Below, in pieces: positions 25,201 to 37,096 of a stretch of 64,000 nt of DNA. The notes below the pieces were generated by a model. That model searched no databases. It was not told where the DNA came from and saw nothing but the letters and a program-made list of their open reading frames with translations. The stretch spans positions 33,418,001 to 33,482,000 of the forward strand of contig OZ004608.1 of assembly GCA_963924565.1 (NCBI GenBank), given 5' to 3'. The position numbers and the translations under genes were made by a program. Position 1 is the first letter of the stretch; each line of letters opens with the position of its first letter. The DNA is from Ascidiella aspersa. Lineage: Eukaryota.

Positions 25201-28200
25201 CAAAAACAAAAAAATACTTCTAAATGGTAAATATCAGTTCATGATAATACTCAAAAGCCGTCTGTTGCTGCAGGCCATTAATGTAGAAATTGGGAGGATT
25301 CTAGTCCTACCCGTGCTGCTAAAATTAGTACTAGCGTTGAACCCGTTCCTAAATTAGTGCGATACAGCAGCAGACAGCCTTGGAAAAGGTCAAAACTCTG
25401 GACAAACGACGGCAAGAAATCGCAAAAGAATCAATACTTTTGGCGTGCTTGTCGCACAGTGCAGATTCTCGCATGTCGCAAAGTCGAATTGTTCCCTTGC
25501 TGCTACTGTAGACGAACGTGTGGCACTCGTGCGGGTGATACTCAGCTGCCGTTATCACCTCCGTTAGGTTTTCCATGTTTTCCGGCTTTATGTCGACGAT
25601 GTCTAAGAGAACAAAAGACTGTTTAAATCTTTGAAGCATAATGGTTGGAGGTTGCAGTAAGAATTGCAAAACCCATACAAAAGTAGGTAGCATTTTGTGA
25701 AAGTTTTGAATCTATCTTGGTTCCTTTTGAGTACCTTCTCACTATGTTGAAAATGAATAAAGAGATACTATTATTCAAAATGCTAAATAATTCTGCATTT
25801 GGCTTTGATATTCTTACTACCGACTCTCAATCAATTTATACAGCAACCAAAAAATCTTGCATTCACATTATATATAATATATATATAAATCTACATTGGT
25901 CCCGTAAAACATCTATGATACATAAATCAATAGCATTAAAGGGGACTATTCCGAATAATTGCAAATATGCAGGGGTAAAAATATACAAAATATCTGACTT
26001 ATATATATATTACATATTAGTTATGTTTTATCAGGGTGGTCTAAGGTTGCTAACTGTAAGGACCATCAAATAATTTGTGAATTATTCCAGGGCCACACAT
26101 CGTAGGCTACAAGAGTGCAACACAACATAAAAAAGCTTATTTATTAATTCAACTAAAAGAGCTTTTAAGGCCCGTTTAAACTACAGCTGCACTGAGCTGA
26201 ACAAAGCGTAATTTGCATTTAAATTCTATTGTGGCGAGTGTTTCACGCTTTGCTAAACTCAAGCCCCGTGCAGCAGCTAGCTTTAAGTTACGCTTTGCTA
26301 AACTCACGCTCCGTACAGCTGGAAAAAAATACGCTTTGGAGCGATTTCCACGCTTTGCTAAACTCAAGCCCAGTGCAGCAATAGAAAAACGTTTTGGAGC
26401 GATTTTTACGCCCAGCGCAGCTCACTGCAGCTGTAGTGAAAATAGTTTCATGCCCAGTGCAGCTCAGCTCAGCTCCGCTCAGTGCAGCTGTAGTGTAAAC
26501 AGGCTTTTAAACCAAACAATTTTCTAATCCTTGATCAAGCAATCTTAACGGTTGCAGAATATTAAAGGAAGTTTGGGAATAATTGAATTTAACAACATTT
26601 CGCAGGCGACAAAAAATGCACGGACAACATTTGGTAACATAAACTTTTTACATAACATTAACTTCCTAAATGTTATCAGCTGGTTTTAACATTCAAACTT
26701 AACATAACTCTGGCCAACAAAATTACAGCACTACTATTTGAATTCTTATAGCAGGCAGTGAATGATAAAAAATGATGAAAAGAAAAGAAAAAATAAATAT
26801 TCTTTAAATCACAAATCAACCAAATAACATCACATTTAAAATTTGGGCAGGCACGCGCACCCACATTTATGTTCATAAAAGAAAAAAAACTAGCAAAACA
26901 AATGCATACTGAACTTATGTTTATAAAATAAGAAAACAAAGGACACTTACTGAAACTGCGGTCGGTTATCTCCAAGTGCCAGAGATTGATCCTTAGATCA
27001 TCAGCAGACAGGTAGGTTTGGTCGTCACTGTTCACCGATATCGAGTTGATGTGGTACATGTGGGCGTTGGCAAACACCTTCTTGGGTGACGCCTCTATCA
27101 TGAGCTCCATCGGCTCGTAGCGAGGCACGATTAGGTTCCGGGGCCGGAACATCCCGGGGTGGCCCTCCTCGTCGCGGAGATTGAAGCCAATCGCTTGCTT
27201 CTCGCGTTCCGACACCTTCCACAACTTTATCGTTTTGTCTGCAGGTAAATTAAGAGTTTCATGTTATGCCTTGAAAGCACCGAAAAATTTTATGGATTGA
27301 CGATTGAGGACCAGATATAAAACTTAGTAACTTAAACATTTTAAACAAAATGAACAATTAATTATTACTTAACATATTATAAGTTTTTTTATATTTTCTA
27401 TAGTTGAAGTTTTATTCAAATGTAGTTTATTCTTGCAGCTGACAAATGTTTTCATCATCAAAGTATGATTAACCGATTCAACTCTATTAGGTTAATATCA
27501 AGAGGGCAAAATAATTTATCCTTCTGGCATGCCGCCTGTAGTTTAGTAGCCCCTGTGTTAGGCGAACAAATAAAAGATTAAGCTGTTTTCGATAAAATAA
27601 CTTTATTTATAAAAACGCCTCTGAAACTGACATCCCTTTTTAATGGTTTTATTTCACTGTAAATTGAACGTGTAAAGAAATATTTTTCAACCAAAATGGT
27701 GAGTTCAGGATTTTTAAGATCTATTTGAAACCATTTGATGCTTATTAGCATGATTTATACCCCACACTATTGATATGAGTTTAAACGGGTTAAAGTTCAT
27801 TTTATTGACAAATTGCTAGATCCAAAAAGAATGACCTTCTTAAGTTAACTCACAGAAATAAAAAGGCTATGATTATAAGAAGATTAATGCCATAATAAAA
27901 GATTTCAGCAAAACTAAAAAGGATTTAAATATGATAGCTTTTCACCTGGAAACAATATTAAATTATTTGTTTTAACACTGCCATAATTTAAAACATATTA
28001 GGCTTATGGCCCATTCCATATTGCAGCATTGGTGGTGTAAATAATGTACACAGATCACCACCTTTGGAGATAACCCCAACACACTTTAAAATCCACACAT
28101 AATGGCATGGGAGAAAGTGCATCAACATTTTTTTAGTCAACTTCAAAAGCCTACATTTTATTAAGATCACATTCTGTTGATGCTTTTGTTCTGCATTTAA

Positions 28201-31200
28201 GATCACAAACTAAAAATATATATACAATTTCAACAGGTCAAATCCAGTTAACAATTGTAATTTTTTTTAAGGAAATATATTATCCAAATCTTACAATTGT
28301 AAAAGATTTTATTTAAAATAAATGATTTAGACACATTAATTAAGCTTAGATGTATTACATCTTATGAAACATGGAACAGGGTTGCCTGATGGCCAAAATA
28401 AAAAAACTCAAACTTAACTCGAAAAAGCCAAACTTAAGTTACAACTTACAAACTTTAAAAGCCTATGTTTTTCCCAAAATAGATAAAAATGCAATAAATG
28501 GTCTTGCTAATACATTGAATTTCTCTTTTTTTTTACAATTTTTCTCAATTTTTTTGGTCTTTTTGAAATTTTTTCTTATCAATTTTTCTCTTTTTGCATT
28601 AGTTTGATCTCTTCTTAACATAGCACTCATGAAATTTTTGAATAAAACAAAAAAGCCTTAAAAAGTCAAATTTAATTTGGATTTTTTTTTGAAAAAATAA
28701 ATTTCAAAAATGTTCATAAAAAGCCTAAATTTTCAAATTTGGCTTTAAAATCCTACCTGGCCACCCTAACATGGAAGTATTTTTGGTTTTGTAAAATTTA
28801 AATTACCATTGCCACTGTTTTTAAAAATAGAATTTAAAAATTTCATACTATCAGGTCAATGACAAGTGTTACCATTTGTTGAGAGGAGAAAGTGGGCTTG
28901 ATTTCTTCTCGGCAGCCACCGGATTTTATTGATTTTTTCTTCTATTTCCAGACTTTTAAGGTAATCAAATTCAGGCTCGTGGCTCTGAAATGTGCTGTAG
29001 ACGTTGTATTCACTACTCCTTCCCTCGTTAGCTTTGCCCTGCAAAAACGAACGCATAAAAATTGCTGGGGCTGTCAGTTTCAATCATTCCAATTAGTTAA
29101 AATCGGCAGAGACTTAAGCGTATTGGGCATCAGATTAGGTGTTAATGCTGTCTGCATTTTTTAGAATTAACTCTTAAGTAAAAAAAAATGTATAACAAAA
29201 CAGTTTACCAAAAAATTAAACGTTTTTATTCTTTTTACGGCAACAAACAAGGCATATATAATGGTTCGATTGACTCTTATATTAAGAGCATTCCTTATTC
29301 AATAATATCTGCTCAGCATACAATTTTTTTATTTTACAACCCAGTTATTTATAGACATTAACGTGAAACATATATTTGATAAAAATTCAAGAAATTTTTA
29401 TTGGTACACCTATTTATAGTGCAGAAATGCAGATTGACTTTTAGATTAAAGTTTGGCTTGTAGATTATAGAAAGGTTTGGCGAACAATTTGATGAATGAA
29501 CTACAATTTAATGGCTAAGTTATTTCCCCACACCTAGTCATAATCTGCGAGGCAATCAAACACTTGCCCCACAGCAATGACACTTGCACATTCATCATAT
29601 GTTTAATAATATTTAATGCTGCTATCTAATAAGTTTAAAACCGGGTAAATATACAAGACAATCTCAATTTATTTTGGGGAATATTCCATGCCAATTATAT
29701 ATATTTTGGACTAATGCGGCCAATCCTCCAGGTTAACTTAGTACTGAGCTTAGAATTGCTTCCTAGACACCGGAGGTAAATTAGGCAAACAATAAAAGAA
29801 ACACTATATAAGCAACGTAAAAATCCTCTCCATGTAATTATGGGAAGTCTCAAATTAAAACAAAGTAATGTGGTCAATGTAATTATGGGAAGACTCAAAT
29901 TGTATAAAGTAATGAGTGACGCAACTTACAGCAGGCTCTCGTTGAAAGATCACAACTCTGCCGCCTTTATCACCAGTGGCTAACAGTTCTCCATCGTGGT
30001 TGAATTCAACAGTAGAAATTATATCAGCTGAATAAAGCATAATTACAGTTAATTATTTAGATTCGAGTGGGTCAGATGTCTTCTCGGGTCATATTATAAT
30101 GTGCATATTGTTTGCGGTCCACAACCAATAGGCTTAATAAATGTTATGTAAAGGCTAACAGAATTTTTGACTGTGTACAACGATTAGTTTTAACTGCAAC
30201 AAAACATAACAAATTACTTATTTCGGTTATTTTCTTTAATGATAACCAAAACTTAAGTGACTAAAATCAATAATGTTCTGCAAGCCACAGATAAAAATGC
30301 CACGGGCCACATGTGGCCACAGACCTGGGTTTGTACCATCCCTTGTTTAGAAAGTAGAATTTACAGAACACATTCACAACTTAGTTCAGGGCATTTCAAC
30401 CTTTTTGCGGGAGTGGGACCCTATGGAAACATTCCATTGGTTCGAGGAACCCCAGCGCAATAATTTGCTTGTCTTATGCATGCATGCAAAAAACAGCATT
30501 AGATATTGCGGATCCCCTGGACTGTACTAGCTGAACCCTGGTTGAAAACCACGGACTTAGTTAAAAATTCAAGTTGCATAAAACAGAGAAAATTACCATC
30601 AAAAACACAATCTACCTTAGAACTGGCAAAATCATTCTATTTTGACATTATAGCACTCAAACAAATATACTCTTACCCATAAACTATGCATGACATCTGT
30701 ACTGCTAAAGTGTGCAGAGTGCTTAAACTTAAGATAAGTGGTGCCTTTACACTGGCAAATTGTCAGTTACAAACACAATGGTGGATTTCTCCAAATTAAA
30801 CAAAGTTACAGTAAAAAAAGTTACGATTATTACTGCAGAATAGAAATATTACCAAAAAAAGACAGTTTAGACGAAAAACTGATGTAAATAAACATTGGTT
30901 AAGCAAAACTGAAACACAGTATTTGACCAATGCTAAGATGGTAAATATATATCTATTTGCTTAGTAAAATATTGCAAATATTTTGTCTGTTTACCCAAAG
31001 CAACACATTGTCTAGTGCACTTTAATTTGTCATTTCACACTATCAGCTCTTAAAATTACGAGACATACAATACAGGGTTGCCACTTGCCACACAATATTA
31101 TGGAAAAAATGCAACAACATTTAAAAACTTTTAAGTGAATTTATAGCTTTTAAAAGAACTAAAATGGGAGTTTTTTTTTAATATAGTTTAAAAAACCCAT

Positions 31201-33505
31201 AGTAGAAATACAATGTTAAGTCTCAAAATAGAAAAATTAAAAAAAAATGTATTTTAAACAGCACATTTTTTAACGAATAACAAGCTGCACCACAAACAAG
31301 TTCAAAGACTATTAGAAGACTTTTTTTAACTAGAGATTTTTAACGACTTTTCAATACGCAAGTTAACACTAAAAATTAAGACATTTAAATACTTTGAGGC
31401 AAACTTGCATTATATACATGCACAAGTGTCATACATGTGTTTTTAATGACAATCTACTTACGTTCTGAAACCTCATCATCCATGGTTCCTTTGACCTGCG
31501 AAAAGTGCCATTGTAGTTCATCATTTGCTGCTGAAGAGCCGCTACCAGCTAAAACAAAAAGGTTTACAAGTTTTTGTTAGTTTGAAATAGATTAAAACAC
31601 TTGTTTGACAGATTGAAATAAAACAAACAAATAAGAAATAAAACACATACAATCACCCACTATTAAGAAATATATTATATATTTTAGTGGAACTACACTT
31701 GACAAGATTGATCATAATATTACTAGAGTTATATAAATAAATATATATCAGGGGTGGGCAAATGTATTCAATGGAAGAGCCATTTGCAGAAAATTCAAGT
31801 ACCAGAGAGCCTCAAACTTGTGAGCTAAAGGTTATTATGATAGCAATGAAATTGCATTGACTTATGTTACGTCATAAACGAAATGCTGGCTTAAATAAAG
31901 AAAAGAAAAAAACATCCATAAACTGTACTCTTTCAATTTTTTTGAAATTTTACGAAGAGCCACAAAAAACATACATGTGGCTCACAAGCCGCAGTTCTCC
32001 CACCCCTGAAATATATATAAATCTCGTAAGAAATTATTAATAAATTTGTACATTAGTAAAATAATGTTGCACACAACGTAAAAAAGCGGTAATAATTTAA
32101 ACGCAAAAAAAAATTAATTGTGGAACAAAATTGCATGCAAATATAGTTTTATGCACAAACTAAGGTTCCGAATCCTTAAAAGTCTACCATCTGGCTCAGA
32201 TAAAAAAAGATTATATAAGATATGCAAACCTATATAAATAAAGTATAGTCTTGTCTACTGCACATTTGTGTCAGATTGTAACTGTAACAATTTCAGTTAA
32301 GGTGATATGGCATTCCAGCAGGATTTAACAAAGAAGAAGTCAGGTGGAAAGTTAGACTAATTGCACTTTGTCGCAGCAAGAACCTCGTATTTCTTGTAAC
32401 ATTGCTGTAATTTGCACTGAGCCACAAAAAGTTAAACCAGCAAAATGTTCCGTTGCGCAGTTTTTAGTATTGTACTTAATTTTGGCTGGTCTAGAATCCT
32501 ACAGCATTTTCATTCATATATTGCTTACATTATTTGGATTAGGGTGCGAGTTAGCAATAGGGTGGTTCAAGTGTTATTATTACATTTATTTTCCAATGCT
32601 TTTTTTTTCTTTCTTGCAATTTCAGTTTTGACAATGTTTTTTCTTTCTTTGCAATTTCAATTTTGACTAGTCCCGTCACTGTAAAACTAGGATTCTAGAC
32701 CAATTCCCCTTTATTTTAGCTGTGCAAATTTTATAAACAATGTTATTTCAGTCAATCAAATTTCAGCAAAATTTTTATTCCAGCCGCAATATTCAAGCTA
32801 CATAATCATATCCCCACGCAATATACAAAGTTTATAATCCGGAGAGGAAGATATATATTTAAATAAAAGTGCAAATTTTGTTTTTGAACAAACTCCGACT
32901 TTTTGCCTATTTTTCTGTAAACAGTTTGGTAAACTAAATGTATATCTGAATTGCTTGGGTTGAATGCATTTAATGCTAATGCAAAGTAAAACCTTAAAAC
33001 TACAATACAAATGACAACAATGAAGCATTGTACAAACATACTTTCATATACTATAAATCGATTCAATCTTTAAATAGGGCTTAATTTTGAAATAACATAT
33101 AGAATCTTTAATGCTTTGGAGGGTTAAACTTTATTATAACAAATCGGGTATATATTTTTTTTTGACAAAAACAAAGTTATTTACCATGAACCATTTCCAT
33201 TCAAAAGTTTACTCGAGTTTTGTGTTTTCACTTTAAAAATGACAACGCATATACAAGGAAACTATTCAAAATATCTCAACAAGTGGACCTTTTTAAAAAA
33301 ATTAAACACATTTGTTAAAGTAAGTGGTGATAAAGTGTTTACTAAATGGCTTTAAATCCATTTTGAGACAAAGGTAGGTTTGCGGCGTACCTGGCTTTAT
33401 CTGTTTGTCTACGATCTGAACACCGGGGCTATTGGCGGTCCAGTTCCAAATCGGGCTTAATATTTTAGAAGAATAACATTGAACTATCGATTGCATACCA
33501 GCCAT
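22258..33505 (-). CDS. PPP2R2: Serine/threonine-protein phosphatase 2A 55 kDa regulatory subunit B (B55/twins), 455 aa
   Basis: Exons 33505-33499 (ATGGCTG), 31548-31462 (QWHFSQVKG), 30027-29930 ([29 protein letters not shown]), 29038-28873 ([25 protein letters not shown]), 27238-26951, 25602-25438, 24540-24371, 23821-23730 (AAG acceptor), 23637-23514 and 22428-22258 (KILHTAWHP...AATNNLYIF). Total 1368 nt in frame. Confidence 0.97.
23851..24243. repeat. Intronic tandem duplication of ~200 bp
   Basis: aaatggt(c/t)gtttagtgg...gttttggttgcta.tagtataataaaca...gagtaattga occurs at about 23851 and 24050. Confidence 0.75.
26169..26505. mobile_element. PIF/Harbinger-like MITE with internal tandem repeats
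   Basis: ~30-bp TIR GGCCCGTTTAAACTACAGCTGCACTGAGC / GCTCAGTGCAGCTGTAGTGTAAACAGGC with T/A-rich (TAA) flanks. Contains three internal copies of ACGCTTTGCTAAACTCA. Confidence 0.7.
28377..28768. mobile_element. hAT (Tip100-like) MITE
   Basis: CAGGGTTGCC...GGCCACCCTA termini with a perfect TSD ACATGGAA. Confidence 0.75.
30387..30554. mobile_element. hAT-Charlie-like MITE
   Basis: CAGGGCATTTCAACC...GGTTGAAAACCACGG with a perfect TSD ACTTAGTT. Confidence 0.75.
31749..32008. mobile_element. hAT-Charlie-like MITE
   Basis: CAGGGGTGGGCAA...TTCTCCCACCCCTG, AGAGCC subterminal motifs, AT-rich near-TSD. Confidence 0.7.
32486..32702. mobile_element. MITE (TGGTCTAGAATCCT family)
   Basis: TGGTCTAGAATCCTA...TAGGATTCTAGACCA inverted ends. 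Confidence 0.6.
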
Positions 33506-36500
33506 GATGATTTCGAAAGTTTGACGACTTGAACGACTTTACATAGAAGCTATGACGATTGCTTTTTTCCCGATTCCGTTGGATTAATCCACGAAAGGTT
33601 TCCAGTTTCCATTTTGATGATTGCCTCAAAACATCTTCAGGACGCGGCAACACCTATCGGCCGTGTTTACTGGTAACCGGCCCTTCCGCCGATCGGCGAG
33701 TAGAAATTAAATCGCGCAGGTCGTCTTCCGTTTTACTGTCGGTTGTTGTTTGTTGAAATTTAGCAAGAGTAATCGCGTTAAACTATGGTTAATAAATAAC
33801 AAAAAACTGCTCAGGTGGCAATGGTAATGCCCACTTGTCACATTCAAACGTTAGTCATAAAAAATCCCAGATCCCAAATTGTGCTACGAACATCAGTAAT
33901 CATGAACGGCATCGTTTCAAAGTGATCGATGTTGTAAATGCAAGTTTTAACTAACTGCAATGTTGGGCTGTGCAAGTGGTTCATAACTGTCCCGCAGCCA
34001 CTTAAATTCACCCAAAATGTGGTTTTGTAACCAAAACCAGAGTCTACTATTTGCATCCCATGTGCATGTTGTAAATGTATGTTGCAGGAAAGAAAATAGG
34101 GTTAATAACAATTACCACAGTAGTCCTTTGAGAAACGAAAAACAAAAATTACTGAGACACCCATTTATGGCCCCTGAAGTTGTCAATATTTAGCGTTTTT
34201 GCTTTATATTTGCCAAATGCATTATGAATAGAAATTATCGTTTTAAATCGCCTATATAATATTGTTAGAGAGTCCCGTTGACCTCCGGCACTTTGTCGTT
34301 TTTGTTTTGAAAAAAAAAGATTTGTGTACTAAAATCTTTTGAATAGTCTTTCTCTAAAATCTTTTGAATAGTTTTTTGAATAGTCGTTTGATCTCCGCGC
34401 CACCACTAGCTATGTAAAAAAAGTGAGCCGCAAGGTGTCAGAAAAGTGCCTTTTTAAAAATATATTAATGTCGGTAACTAACTAACTAACGCGTAGGTTG
34501 TTGGTGAACACAAGAATACAACCCGGAAGTTATGTTAGATTTGGACTCATAACTTGTATATAGACTATGTTGTACAGCAGTAACCATTAGTACCACAATT
34601 ATATGGTTTTACTTTAAATAACTGTCCTAACTACAGGCTACATTTTGACTTGCTTGTCACTCTCAACAGTAAATAAAAGATTTAATCATAAATCGACTGT
34701 TTATATTCTTTACTAAAAAAAACTCGTTGTAACAGATAAACAGAGCAACGAAAGAAAGGGGTTAAAAACAAACCCCCCAAAAAAATACTTATAAATAATA
34801 TTAGGATTTTATTACCACTGATGCAGACACTGAGCCTTATCAGGTAGCTAAAAAACTAACTTGACAAACCACAAATTCTGTTTTCGCAGTGTCCATTTTA
34901 CAGTGGGTGTTTATTAGTACAAATATATCGCCTAAAACCACGAGAGAACGACAAAAGTCCATTAAAATTGAAACTCGTTCGGGTGGCAAAAATTACTCGT
35001 GTATATAAAGCCATAGCAATGTAAAAAACGTAGACAAGTTGAGTTTGAAACGCACAACGTGTCTTTGCCGCTTTTATGTAGCAAACTGACAAAAAATGAT
35101 GTTTTTTTAATGTGTTTCTCCGTGAATTAGTCAGACAGTAAAAGTACAAGAATGCTATAGCCTATAGCCGAGGCCGTGTGGATAAACACACAATCCACTG
35201 ATGCGGTAAAATATCACTTGGGAGTGGCTGAAAATAACACACACTTTAGGGCGCAACACAAACATTGTTCAAAGAACCCCGAAGAATAATAAAACTTGTG
35301 AGGAACAATAGCGAAATGGAAAACAACGACAGCAAACGAAACGCCAAGAACTTTAGTTGTTCCCTTGCCTTAAATTTTATAGTTTCACGGCATGTCGTGA
35401 TGCATAAATCCGCTACGGTTCAAAGTAAGTTTGTGTCGACGGCGCAAAGTCGAGCAGGGTCAGTTTCGAATCGTCGGTGAAAAAAAGGAACTCTCGCTCT
35501 AAAAAACGCAAGAGTCACAGAGCTAAGGCAGCATCACAAGCTAAAACACTTCCGCGACGAAAATGAGCCGCCGAAGGCAAATAATTCTTTGCTGGCCCGC
35601 CTACTGCTGCTGCTGCTGCTGGTACAAGACAAGGCTGTAAAATTAGAGTCAATGTTGGTCGGTAGACGGCTAGACGCGGATATAGTTTGCCAGCAACTGA
35701 TGTTTCTATTGCTGAACTGAAAACTAGAATCGCTCCACCGGGCAAATTACCAATCAACATAAAATGATAAGATGAGAATACATTCGGGTTAATTAAATTA
35801 AAAGTCTAGCAAAAGTGTTAAAGAGTGCGGCTATTTCAGAAAAGCGTTAGAAGTGATCCTGGCAATTAAGTGCATCATACGCAAATGGCAAATTGCGTTA
35901 AACAGAACCTTAGGCCTGTGTAGTAGGCTACGTGACACATATACAAGGCGCTCCATTGGCGTTTTGGTGAGCCGTGATATAATCCAAGGGCTGTATTTAT
36001 CATTTGATGAGACTGACAGTAATTGTCTTTGGCGCATAAATTGATTAGTAGCAGTAACGCGTTTCAAACGCTTTGTGAGAATGAATAATTGCCATTTTTA
36101 ACGTATAAATAAGGTATAGTTATAGGATATTGCTGCTAAGATATGTTTTTAAACAATTTTTCAATTACATTTCTAAAACAATAAACAAAAACCAAGTAAA
36201 GCCGTAAATTCAATATTGGCCGTAAATTTATAAAAATAATTTTGAACAAACTCTATGAAAAAGCATTTTGTCGAATATTATGCGGAAATGCCAAGACTGC
36301 CCGAGATTTAGTTAAGCAAAACCTATCGGACCAAAAAAAGTGTTGTTAACATAGAGGGTCTGCAAAATTGTGGCGTGCGCCATTGTTAATAAAAGCCAAT
36401 GTTAAGGTTAAAGTGAGCGGTCCAAAGTACAAGTTTGCCCAAATGAAAACCGAAAGTGAAGAAGCAAAGGCGTTTCAATTTTGCATCAATTTTCCCCGCG

Positions 36501-36710
36501 TTTAAAACACTATGTTGAAACGGCATGTTATTGCACTTGGGTAAAAGTTATTTTAGAAGGCGAAAAAATCGCAGCCCAATGCAAATCTGAAAGCATAAAG
36601 GAACAGAGCGGTTTTAAAATACAGCTGACGTGACGAGTAACAAACAAGCGACTAAAAAACACAAAGCGTTCACTATAAGAATAAAAAAGAGTCCAAATTT
36701 CACGCTTTAG

Positions 36711-36972
36711 CATTGGTCCTCAACGGGAGTGCCGCGGCACCCTGGGGTGCCATTTCTAATGCCCAAGGGTGCCGAGAGATATTTAAGAATATTTAAGAAT
36801 CTGATTTTTGCTCAACTCTTACAACTTTTTGTGTAGAGTTGATGTGTGTTGTTCCAGTTTCGTTTATTGTGACATTCTAGTGATTTACCAACGGAAAAAT
36901 CTTGTAGGGGTGCCGCAATCTATTTATCAATTATGAGGGCTGTCGCAAGCCATGAAAGGTTGAGAACCACTG
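36711..36972. mobile_element. Charlie-like MITE (GGGGTGCC family)
   Basis: CATTGGTCCTCAAC...GGTTGAGAACCACTG. Homologous to 45824-46106 and 8926-9122. Confidence 0.75.
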
Positions 36973-37096
36973 AGCTAAGAGATACCGTCAACAACACACG
37001 CGTCACTTGACAAGCAAAAATAAAGGGCGATAATAGAAAACAAAGCGAACGGTAAGAAGAATTTTATGAAACTGTAAAGTGCCGGGGTATATCATT

